Source: Paraspadella gotoi (taxonomy: Eukaryota > Animalia > Chaetognatha). Taken from it: a stretch of 64,000 nt of DNA. The stretch is from the NCBI GenBank assembly GCA_051294375.1, contig CM119265.1:26139748-26203747 (forward strand). The letters are read 5' to 3'. The translations under genes were made by a program, and so were the position numbers. A model generated the notes under the pieces. The model worked only from the letters and a program-made list of their open reading frames with translations. It was not told the DNA's origin and did no database searches. Below are positions 52,819 through 64,000 of this stretch, piece by piece; position 1 is the stretch's first letter, and each line of letters starts with the position of its first letter.

Positions 52819-54439
52819 CGCGTGACTTTGGACGCGACCCTCGCCCGCGGCTGGGGGGTTTAAAAACGCAGAAGTTGGGACTTTGCTCAGGAATTAATAA
52901 ATGAATTAATCTGAGGAAATAAAAACATTAAGGTAAGAAAAAATCTCAACAAAAAAGTATTTATAAATATATATAATATAATTGCAAAGAACATTTTCTA
53001 TCGCAAAAAAAACCCCGAATTTGCAACCGGAGATTTTCATAGTTTTGGAGATCAAAATAACGTAGAGCGGGCGCACAATTTCTCAGCAGTAGTTAGCTTA
53101 ATTTTTACGAACGTAATCACATACGAAATAGTTCACGATGATTATTTCTTCGCAATTATCGAAATATTTTCACATTATTTTTCTTATTTTTGATGTTTAC
53201 GTCTCGCGTCCAAGAGGCCATCAATGATTCGTCCTTGATTGGCTGCCTTCGGTCACGTGCAGCAGCGAGGCTCCGCGCGGCGCCGCTTCTCTTTCCTGAT
53301 ACGGCGGCAGCAAGACGCTGCTGCTGCATTAAAGCAAGAGAATCGTTATGAAATTAAAACTAAAACTTTCAGTAAAAGAAGGAATTTAATATTGTGTCAT
53401 GGAGAGCTTGGACTGGTTTTGTTAATTAAGAAAACATAGTTGAAAATATATTATTACATCCTAGTAATGATAGAAGTCACGAACTTTTATTACTACAGTA
53501 CAAGGACAAGAAAACAATACATTGACAATAAAGAGGTTGTAAAACTGAAAGGTTATAACTTGTGTCTAGGGCCTATCTTTTCTGTATAACTAATCGACTT
53601 TGGAAAACGACTCTCGAATACTGTGAATAATAAATGTCTACCTTCGCTGTCATTGTGTTAACTCCCTTATCTTCATCTCGTTTCCCCCACCCTACATCCC
53701 GGTAAATGTAAATGTAGATTTAATCTTTCAACCAAAATGTTTGGAAATCCATTTATAATATGACACCTTAACTTTTTTCCGTTTCTTCGATGACAACGAC
53801 ATGAAAACTAAGAGAAAAATTGATAAACCTCGATGACAACGACGACGCGAAGTCCATATTAAGTCATTGATGGATAATGTCAGTTTTAATGTGACGATAA
53901 AATCTGTAATAAGCGTCAGATCCTTAACGGCGTTGAGAATTGTAACCTCGATGATGGTTAAGACGAACTCGGTGGTAAACAAAAATTTGGAAGATTTATA
54001 TGATCAAAGTAAGTCACATTAATAAATAATAATAATAATAATAGCGAAAACTAAAATAAACTAAACTAAACTAAAATATATTGGTTGTACCAATTTTATA
54101 AAACGGAATGGTTATTAGCAAGGATCAAGAACATCGCTAACGCGAAATAGCAAGCCAAGCGTCATTATGATTATGAACAACAAACGACCGTTCTCTGCTT
54201 AAATTTAAAATTTATTATTATAACATTAACAGTTCCGAAATAATTCAAGTCAGATCGATTCGTTATATATATATCATGTTAACTGCTCACTGTCATTTTC
54301 CTATTTTGCTTCTGATAAATATCAAACTTTAGCATAATCACAGACATGGTCCGTTAATAAGTTCCATTTAATCAAGGCTTTATGTTTCATATTTTTAAAT
54401 TAAAAAAAAAAAAGTTACGGTTTAAGTTTTCAATCTTGC

Positions 54440-54630
54440 AGCGCCATCTTTGACTCCGACTCGTCAAGAGACTAAGCTTGTTTTTACGCTTCGGTTGACC
54501 CACGAGGCCCGCGAATATAAATTAAAATACTTCCTCCGAAGAAAAAATTTAAAAATTTCTCATTATTTCGAAATCTAACTTTATCACGTCGGTCACGCGA
54601 TTGGTTCCACTCGAGAGAATCTGATTGGCT
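54440..54630. promoter_or_regulatory. Candidate promoter between divergently oriented genes
   Basis: GCGCCATCTT (YY1-like) at ~54440 and two ATTGG (CCAAT) boxes at ~54600 and ~54624, ~240 bp upstream of ATG 54865. Another ATTGG plus TCACGTG lies at ~53238-53259. Confidence 0.3.
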
Positions 54631-54864
54631 AAGACGCGATCAATATCCGTCTATAATCGACTTACCCGGACGAGGGATACTTATATTCGAGACTGGGCAT
54701 TGACACAGATATCTTTTTCTCTTTCATCTTTTTTTTCCCAATTTTTAAAAATTCGAGACGAAAATAAGCTTCAACATAAATTTATTAACGTCCGTACAAA
54801 ATCGATTAAAAAATGTGATTCCCCATCGCCCTAAACAATTCAACCGCACTCACTTACGTTTGAG

Positions 54865-56527
54865 ATGATTTTTCCTTTCGTCATCGTTGCCAGGTATACC
54901 ATGTTAATCTTATTTAAATTTTTCACATTGTTAATTAATACTCATGTTCATTTACAATATTAAGCCTACTGATAGTCGGACAGAGCGAAGCTTTACTTGT
55001 GAAATTGAACAACTCTTCTCACTTTAACTGCAGCGGGTAAGATTTTGTGAATTTTGTGCCTTTTTTTTGTCAGCGTAATACTTTAAATCAACTTAAAAAC
55101 GAGTTTTTTTTGTTCAGTTCGGATGGTACCGATCAAGTTACATATAAAATCAATTATTAATACGAGAAAAACATCAAGTTCGCTTTTCCCACGAATTTCA
55201 GACGATTGAGCTCAGACTCCAGACTTCTCGTCCAACTCGATGTCGTAACAGATCCGCCCATCGACGTCACCAACTCTTCCAACGCGACCGTCATCCTCCA
55301 GAGTCGCGTCCACGGCGTGGACGACGATTGGCACGACGTCGGTCGACGCTTTCCCGCCGAGTGTCGCTCCGTCGGCTGCAGCGACGACGAAAGCGCGGGA
55401 AGATTTAGAGGAGCTTTTCGGGTGTGGTCGATAAGTGAGGGAACGATTCGGATCTTGCTCGGTTTGAAGGTAAGGTTTGGCGGATTAAAATTTTGGCTCA
55501 TTTTTACATTCGCCGACCGGGATTTTGCTTCTTATTGGCCAATGTCTTCATTTTCCAGCCTTTTCATTTCGCCAACGGTTCGTCCATTTGCTTTCGTTCT
55601 TCTCTTCAACGGAAGTCGAATCGTCTCGTCGTCACCGAATCTTTTTGCGTCGATCGAATAGATGCGGAAATATGCGTCGGCGAGGCCTTTGAGAACGGGA
55701 CGAAAGGCTCGACGAACGGTTCCACGAAGGCCTTGACGAACAACTTGACTGAGGGTTTAGGGAACAGTATGAGGAACAGTTTGAGAAACAGTTTGAGAAT
55801 TGACTCATTGAGAAGTTTTACAAACAGTTCTATAAACAGTTTGAATTACAGCTTGACCACCACCAATTTCACGAACAGATTGAATGATAGATTAACCAGA
55901 ATTTTGACGAACAGTGTGACGAACACGTCGATCGATATCATGACGAACACATCTGCAATTCTTGTCAACGCTACTACGACGAACGCTACTTCGACGAACG
56001 CTACTTCGACGAACGCTACTTCGACGAACGCTACTTCGACGAAACGCTACTTCGACGAACGCTACTTCGACGAACGCTACTTCGACGAACGCTACTTCGA
56101 CGAACGCTACTTCGACGAACGCTACTTCGACGAACGCTACTTCGACGAACGCTACTTCGACGAACGCTACTTCGACGAACGCTACTTCGACGAACGCTAC
56201 TTCGACGAACGCTACTTCGACGAACGTTGCTACGACGAACGTTGCTACGACGAACGCCTCACGACGAACGCCACTACGACGAACGCCACTACGACGAACG
56301 CCACTACGACGAACGCCAAGACGACCCCCCCTGTCGTCCAATCCCACTCAATCGTCGTCATTTGCGTCATCGTCGTCTTCTCCATCATCATCTTGATTCC
56401 TTGTTGTCTCGTATTCTTCGCCAATGAGACCAACTGCAGCAGCAGCAGCAGAGGTCGCTACGTCGTCGTCGTCGGCGTTGCAGCCGCCGCGGCAGGGGAT
56501 GCTGGCGACGAGAAGACTCCCGTTTGA
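54865..56527 (+). CDS. Type I transmembrane mucin-like glycoprotein (~445 aa) with TNATS repeats, 4 exons
   Basis: Exons 54865-54893, 54965-55036, 55202-55469 and 55559-56527, phase-matched GT-AG. Signal peptide MIFPFVIVASLLIVGQSEA, Cys-containing domain, N/S/T-rich stalk, TM IVVICVIVVFSIIILIPCCLVFFA, C-terminus EKTPV*. Confidence 0.85.
55965..56318 (+). repeat. 15-bp coding minisatellite (acgaacgctacttcg)n, ~23 units
   Basis: Directly visible; +1 indel near 56042 and a compensating -1 near 56258. Confidence 0.95.
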
Positions 56528-58063
56528 GCGGGAGAAGTTTAAAGACATGGAATTGTTGTGAAGTAAACAAACGAAGAGGGTTAGCGACTGGATAAAAAAA
56601 ATGTTTGTTCTAGTTATTAGCTTCTTATTTTGATTAAGTATTAACAAGGTTTTTTTTTCTTTTTTTGGTTTCGTTTTCTCATAGAGAAATAGACCATTTA
56701 GTTGACAAACATAGTTTTAAAAAAATAAAAAGTTTGATAAAACCACGAACAGTGTTTTTATGCAGACAATAACGGAGAGCGTTATCTTCCTTTAAACTTA
56801 TTCGAGGCTGTATAACCTGGCCCTTGGAAACGTTCTCTATAACGGCAGTTATCGTAACTACGGTATTGGATGTAATTTTGGCCATGTCGTTCTTGGTTAT
56901 AACGTTACGTCGGTGCTCGAAATTGAATGATCTTCTATCGGAATGACGTGTTTATCTCAAATCGTTTAAATTTTTGTAAAAAGGTTTTTAAGGCAAATGT
57001 TCGACACTAGGCAGGTAGTATTAGTAAATATTGGTCCAGCAAGCATGCTTGGTTAACTTTTTAGTTTAAATAAAACCCAAAATTGGGTCTGGTTTAAAAT
57101 GTGAGAGACCGTTCTGAACGGAGAGAGAGAAATTGAGACTGAGCGCTCGAATCTGTGGGAGAGAAAAAAAGGGCACAAATTTGGTTTGAAACCTCAATCT
57201 GGCCGAAACCAATTGTGGTAGAGAGACAAAGGATCGGCGATATCACGAATGAAATCAGTGAGGATATCACAGGCGATATCATCAATGACATCAGTTAAAA
57301 TTGGAGATCGACTGAGGCGGAGGATGGGAATTAAGTTTCGGATTCGAGCTTAATCTCTTTCTTTCTCCTTTCCCATTTTTGTTTTTTTTCCTATTTTTTT
57401 CCTTTTTTTTCTTTGTAGTATTTCTCTTCTCTTTCCCATATTAATTTTTTTTATTCTCTACGCTGCTTTCTCTCTCTCTCTGCCTCTCTCTTCTCTCTCT
57501 CTCCCCCCCTCCTTCTCTTCTTCTCCGTCTTCCCCTTTCCCCTTCCTCCCTCTCTTCCCCTCCCTACCTCTCTTCCCACTTCCTCCCTCTATTCTTCTCC
57601 ACCGAATCCGCGAACCAAAAAAAAAAAAAGATTTCAGTCTTTGTTCAATTAAGTCCCTTTGACTTTAGAATCGTCTAATTTGCTCCGATTCAAAAGCATT
57701 CTCTCCTCTCACTCTTTCCCTTTAAAAGCCATCACACTCTTTCAACCCAACGTCTCACTACTCACACTCTTTACTATTCTCATTCTTTCACTCTTCTAAT
57801 CCTCTCACTCTTTAACGTCGTTTCACCCAGAACTCACTTCACCGATTCACTCCTTCAATCGTACTCAATTTTCATTCCGTCAGACCGGTTAATCGGTTAA
57901 CCGGTTAACGTCTAATTCCATCATCTTTCACCATTTCCCATTCACCAGCCAGCACGTCCAACTGCAACGCAACATCATCGCCAGCAGTCCTCCAAATCCT
58001 TATGTTTACTGAACCAAAGAAGATTGCAACAACATTCTGTTCGGATCAGTTTTTCTGCAGTAC

Positions 58064-58185
58064 GATGATCCTGATGATCCTGATGATCCTGATGATCCTG
58101 ATGAACCTAATGATCCTGATGTTCCTGATGATCCTGATAATCCTGATAATCCTGATGATCCTGATGATCCTGATGATCCTGATGA
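58064..58185. repeat. 9-bp tandem repeat (gatgatcct)n
   Basis: Directly visible, ~13 units. Confidence 0.9.
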
Positions 58186-58813
58186 TGCAACACCAGTCGG
58201 CCAGTTGTCCAGTCGGTCAGTCGGCCGATTGGCCGTGGACTCAAAATCCCCCCCCCCAAATCCTCGTCCCAATCAATTAAGCTTTTTATTTTCTTTCTCC
58301 GTCCATCCGTCCGTCTCCCGTGGAAAATTTTGCCCAAAATGTCCGTCTGAACCATTCGGTAATGCGATTTTGTTCCATCGCTCCTGTCTCCATTAAATCT
58401 CTCTCTCTCTCTCTCTCTCTCTTCCCTTCGTTAATCCAACTAAAGTGTTATTTTCACCGAAAGAATTAAAGATTAAAAATTCTAAAGCGAACGCGTGACC
58501 AAAAACAAAATGGAGACGACGCCCTCTCCAGTTTTCGCGCGTCTTTTGTTTTTTTTTTTGATGATTTATTCTTCGGCATCCCGCGTCCCGCGTTCGTTTG
58601 GCGGAGCCACCGTCGCGATTTGAAGAAAGAAATATGAGGAGGTGAGGAAAGAAAATAATGGGTGAAGAGAAAATAAAGAGTGAAAGATAAGTAATGGGTG
58701 AGGAATAAATAATAGGAAGAAAGTGAGGGAGAAAAAGGAGGGGAGAGAGAGAGAAGGAGGGTGGAGAGAGGGAGAGAAAAACAGAGAGAGATAGAGAAAG
58801 ATAGAAAAGAGAA

Positions 58814-58868
<55 letters not shown>

Positions 58869-59789
58869 CAATTGGGGATGAAGCCAGAAGAGTTGAGAGC
58901 AAAGTGGGTAAGGCCAATGAATGGAAAACGAATTCAAGGAATCAACAAATCAAGACTTACCCCCCCCTGTCTGTTTGTCTGAACCCGAATCAGTCTTTTC
59001 TCCTCCTCTTTTCTTCTCTTTACTTTTTCAATTTTTCTTATTCCGCCTTTCGTTATTCTTTTCTTTTTCTTATTCTGCTTCCCGTCCTCTCATTGCTTAT
59101 GTAAATAATGTTTGAAATGATCATTTTCTTTTTTTTTTTCGCTTTTTTTGTTCACGTTGTCAATCATTTAATTCCTCCTTAAGGCATGGACCTTTTGTTC
59201 TCACTTTCTCTGCTTCATCCTTTTCGTCATCTCTCCCTCTTTCTCTTATTCTTCCTCTCTTTCCTCCTCCATCTCCATCCCTTTCCTCCTTTCTCCTTTT
59301 TCTTTTTCCTTCCTTTCCTCCTCTCTCCCTCTTTCTCTTCTTCTTCCTCCCTTTCCTTCGCCCTCTCCTTTACTTTCCTCTTTTCTCTCCTTCGCGCGTT
59401 CAACTTCCTTCCGAGTCTTCGGAGTCTTCGACAGCTTTGGCAAGGCGCGAGTAATTGGAAACCAAAAAAAAAAAAAAAAAATTAGAAAAGATATTTAATG
59501 ATATACATATATTACGTTCTGTTAATTTAAATATTTATATTTTGTTGAATTGTAAACTGTACAATTTATGCGTTTATCTGTAATGCTGTATGCCCTTTTG
59601 AATGTACTGTTTCAACTAATTGTTGTAAACGAATAAAACACATATATATATTTCATTTTAAGCCGAAGCCTCTCTAGGGAAATTAGCGCTAAATAGTATC
59701 GATCTCAAGACTCAAGAGATGCTTATTGTCCCTACGAGAAAATTAACTTGGGGGAATATTTTTAACAAAATCAAAATGACAACACCCGG

Positions 59790-60041
59790 GGTTGCCTCTG
59801 ATACACTCCTGCTGGCAGTAGGGGGTTTTGGAATAAGGTTAAATTTATTTAGTTAAAGATTAGGTTTGCGGTTAAAGTAAGGGATTCGGTTACTCATCAG
59901 AGTTATCAGGGTTTATGGTGAGAGGTTAGGGTAAATCCTAAATCATTAAGGATAATGATTTAGGGTTAGGGTTAAAAATGAGGTTGAAGGTTTTAGGTTA
60001 ATCATTGAGACAGAAACGGGGCACTCTCGGAAAAGAGAGCC
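59790..60041. mobile_element. MITE of the 33689 family
   Basis: TTAGGG-like interior ending acagaaacggggcactctcggaaaagagagcc, the reverse complement of the end at 41404. The left boundary is uncertain. Confidence 0.6.
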
Positions 60042-60941
60042 GACATTGTATCGTCTTTTGTTTTGTTTACATCTTTGACGTCGTTTATTTCGGAATCAGT
60101 CGGCGATTAAGCTCCCGTTGACGAAAAATAAAAAAAACAACCAAAAAAACAAAAAAACACCGGATTGCCCTTTTGTTTTGTCTCAAAACAAACTTTGTTG
60201 GTATTTGAACATTCTCACTATTTTAAGTCTAAATTCAAGAATGGGGGCGTCGAGGGGGGGAAGGTTGAAGGCGGAAGAGTTCTTTGTTCTTTTACTTATT
60301 TTCCTCTTTCAGCTTTTTATTTATATAGTTCTTGATTTTCTTACACAGTTTTTTTTTCTCTCGGCCCGGTTCGGGTTATTTTTAAGACCGAAAAGGAAAA
60401 AAAAATAAAACTCGAGATACGAAGACAAATGTCCACTGCACAATGCAGCAATGCGCATCTTCAACTTTTGGAACCGTTTGCGTCGGCGCCACGCGTGTCC
60501 ACGTTACTTCCTAAGACGTAAATAAAAAAAAGTCAACAATAACAACAAAAAAAGAAACAAACGAGGTCGATGTGTTTCACCTCACGTACGATAGAGGGCA
60601 TCGCGAAAAGTGTCGCGAGAACGATGACGACGACAATGGCGACGATAACGACGATAACGACTATAACGACTATAACGACGACCTCTATGATAAACCGCCG
60701 ACTTAAAAATGATAGATTGCCGATCATCACGACGACGATAACGATGACACCCGATGACAAAAAATATGATAAACTTGGTCCTAATGACAAGGACATGTCA
60801 ATTCCGACAACAATGACGAAAATAGCGACTACGATGAATGACGACGACGACGACGACGAGGATGTCAATGACATCTGTGATAAACTCCAATTTGCCTTCA
60901 AGATGACTATGACGACATCTATTGTCGATGTCGACGACGCC

Positions 60942-61038
60942 TACGGTGACGCGGCTGAGGGGCCAAGGGGCCAAGGGGCCGACGGTGACGCGGCTGAGGG
61001 GCCAAGGGGCCAAGGGGCCGACGGTGACGCGGCTGAGG
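60942..61038. repeat. 39-bp GC-rich tandem repeat x2.5
   Basis: acggtgacgcggctgaggggccaaggggccaaggggccg is repeated. Confidence 0.85.
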
Positions 61039-61958
61039 ACGACCCAATTGGCCAAGGCCTTCTCACGACGCGCCACCAAATGTTGGATAAGGATGTGATT
61101 TTTTTTTGAGTCACCTCACCCTCACTTCCTCCCCAGCTCACTCCGACNNNNNNNNNNNNNNNNNNNNNNNNNNNNNNNNNNNNNNNNNNNNNNNNNNNNN
61201 NNNNNNNNNNNNNNNNNNNNNNNNNNNNNNNNNNNNNNNNNNNNNNNNNNNNNNNNNNNNNNNNNNNNNNNNNNNNNNNNNNNNNNNNNNNNNNNNNNNN
61301 NNNNNNNNNNNNNNNNNNNNNNNNNNNNNNNNNNNNNNNNNNNNNNNNNNNNNNNNNNNNNNNNNNNNNNNNNNNNNNNNNNNNNNNNNNNNNNNNNNNN
61401 NNNNNNNNNNNNNNNNNNNNNNNNNNNNNNNNNNNNNNNNNNNNNNNNNNNNNNNNNNNNNNNNNNNNNNNNNNNNNNNNNNNNNNNNNNNNNNNNNNNN
61501 NNNNNNNNNNNNNNNNNNNNNNNNNNNNNNNNNNNNNNNNNNNNNNNNNNNNNNNNNNNNNNNNNNNNNNNNNNNNNNNNNNNNNNNNNNNNNNNNNNNN
61601 NNNNNNNNNNNNNNNNNNNNNNNNNNNNNNNNNNNNNNNNNNNNNNNNNNNNNNNNNNNNNNNNNNNNNNNNNNNNNNNNNNNNNNNNNNNNNNNNNNNN
61701 NNNNNNNNNNNNNNNNNNNNNNNNNNNNNNNNNNNNNNNNNNNNNNNNNNNNNNNNNNNNNNNNNNNNNNNNNNNNNNNNNNNNNNNNNNNNNNNNNNNN
61801 NNNNNNNNNNNNNNNNNNNNNNNNNNNNNNNNNNNNNNNNNNNNNNNNNNNNNNNNNNNNNNNNNNNNNNNNNNNNNNNNNNNNNNNNNNNNNNNCTTTA
61901 GTTTTTCTATGTTATTTAAGTATATATCAGAAAAATGTATTTTATCAAGATTGGACAT

Positions 61959-61995
<37 letters not shown>

Positions 61996-61997
61996 AG

Positions 61998-64000
61998 CTT
62001 GATGAGGTTTAGGACAGTATGAGGAACAGTTTGAGAAACAGTTTGAAAATGACTCATTGAGAAGTTTTACAAACAGTTCTATAAACAGTTTGAATGACTA
62101 GCTGCACCACCAATTTCACGAACAGATTGAATGATAGATTTAACCAGAATTTTGACGAACAGTGTGACAACACGTCGATTCGATATCATGACGAACACAT
62201 CTCAATCTTGTCACATGCGCCTACTTGCAACGCTACTTACACTACCGACGAACGCTACTTCGACGAACGCTACTTCGACGAAACGCTACTTCGACGAACG
62301 CTACTTCCGACGAACGCTACTTCGACGAACGCTACTTCGACGAACGCTACTTCGACGAACGCTACTTTGACGAACGCACTTCGACGAACGCTACTTCGAC
62401 GAACGCTACTTCGACGAACGTTGCTACGACGAACACGCCTCGACGACGAACGCCACTACGACGAACGCCACTACGACGAACGCCACTACGACGAACGCCA
62501 GACGACCCCCCCTGTCGACCAATCCCATCAATCGTCGTCATTTGCGTCATCGTCGTCTTCTCCATCATCATCTTGATTCCTTGTTGTCTCGTATTCTTCG
62601 CCAATGAGACCAACTGCAGCAGCAGCAGCAGAGGTCGCTACGTCGTCGTCGTCGGCGTTGCAGCCGCCGCGGCAGGGGATGCTGGCGACGAGAAGACTCC
62701 CGTTTGAGCAGGAGAAGTTTAAAGACATGGAATTGTTGTGAAGTAAACAAACGAAGAGGGTTAGCGACTGGATGAAAAAAATGTTTGTTTCTAGTTATTA
62801 GCTTCTTATTTTTGATTAAGTATTACAAGGTTTTTTTTTCTTTTTTTGGTTTCGTTTTCTCATAGAGAAAATAGACCATTTAGTTGACAAACATAGTTTT
62901 AAAAAAATAAAAAGTTTGATAAAACCACGAACAGTGTTTTTATGCAGACAATAACAGGAGAGCGTTATCTTCCTTTAAACTTATTCGAGGCTGTATAACC
63001 TGGCCCTTGGAAACGTTCTCTATAACGGCAGTTATCGTATACGGTATTGGATGTAATTTGGCCATGTCGTTCTGGTTATAACGTTACGTCGGTGCTCGAA
63101 ATTGAATGATCTTCTATCGGAATGAACGTGTTTATCTCAAATCGTTTAAATTTTTTGTAAAAAGGTTTTTAAGGCAAATGTTCGACACTAGGCAGGTAGT
63201 ATTAGTAAATATTGGTCCAGCAAGCATGCTTCGTTAACTTTTTAGTTTAAATAAAACCCAAAATTGGGTCTGGTTTAAATGTGAGAGACCGTTCTGAACG
63301 GAGAGAGAGAAATTGAGACTGAGCGCTCGAATCTGTGGGAGAGAAAAAAAGGGCACAAATTTGTTTGAAACCTCAATCTGGCCGAAACCAATTGGTGGTA
63401 GAGGAGACAAAGGATCGGCGATATCACGAATGAAAATCAGTGAGGATATCACAGGGGATATCATCAATGACATCAGTTAAAATTGGAGATCGACTGAGGC
63501 GGAGGATGGGAATTAAGTTTCGGATTCGAGCTTAATCTCTTCTTTCTCCTTTCCCATTTTTGTTTTTTTTCCTATTTTTTTCCTTTTTTTTCTTTGTAGT
63601 ATTTCTCTTCTCTTTCCTTCATATAATTTTTTTTTATTCTCTACCGCTGCTTTCTCTTCTCTCTCTCTCTTTCTCTCTCTCTCCCCCCCTCCTTCTCTTC
63701 TTCTCCGTCTTCCCCTTTCCCCTTCTCCCTCTCTTCCTCCCTACCTCTCTTCCCACTTCCTCCCTCTATTCTTCTCCCCGAATCCGCGAACCAAAAAAAA
63801 AAAAAGATTTCAGTCTTTGTTCAATTAAGTCCCTTGACTTTAGAATCGTCTAATTTGCTCCGATTCAAAAGCATTCTCTCCTCTCACTCTTCCCTTTAAA
63901 AGCATCACACTCTTTCAACCCAACGTCTCACTACTCACACTCTTTACTATTCTCATTCTTTCCTCTTCTAATCTCTCACTCTTTAACGTCGTTTCACCCA
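61998..64000 (+). repeat. Direct duplicate of ~55744-57829 (3' part of glycoprotein gene and downstream), indel-noisy
   Basis: Collinear match including TM and EKTPV* (stop 62707). It begins just after gap 61148-61895 and runs off the window. Confidence 0.92.

Noticed and set aside
56043-56257. Genuine DERYF peptide repeat or neuropeptide precursor
   Set aside because: It is an alternative frame of the TNATS repeat between a +1 and a -1 indel, there are no dibasic or amidation sites, and the duplicate copy shifts frame at several additional places.
59884-59900. Minimal hammerhead (minus strand CTGATGAG-TAAC-CGAAT)
   Set aside because: It has GAAT instead of GAAA, no helix I/III partners are visible, and it lies in a TTAGGG-like tract.
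60570-61109. 179-aa ORF with collagen-like GPRGQGADG
   Set aside because: Only a few Gly-X-Y triplets come from a 39-bp repeat, the rest is GAC/GAT microsatellite-like, and there is no splice or domain support.

Overview
AT-rich, microsatellite-dense eukaryotic (probably invertebrate animal) genomic DNA from a gap-filled, partly unpolished long-read assembly. It has six N gaps, three of exactly 25 N, with indel-noisy duplicated flanks. Almost all supplied ORFs are simple-repeat artefacts. Five spliced genes were rebuilt by hand from GT-AG boundaries and phase matching: a divergent Rho-family GTPase (16799-29928, +, 5 exons, one frameshift in noisy exon 4), a thioredoxin (31424-32110, +), a 17-exon SLC22-like MFS transporter (32701-46772, +), a small putative mitochondrial membrane protein (51798-52818, -) and a type I membrane glycoprotein with N-A-T sequon repeats (54865-56527, +). 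The first 18.6 kb is a giant inverted repeat carrying a second, opposite-facing copy of the Rho 5' exons; it may be an assembly or amplification artefact. The most novel-looking signal is a set of tRNA-headed SINE-like elements in SLC22 introns whose bodies resemble circularly permuted (type-P5) twister ribozymes. MITEs with telomere-like interiors and several minisatellites are also present. No database search or folding program was run; all family calls rest on motifs read by eye.
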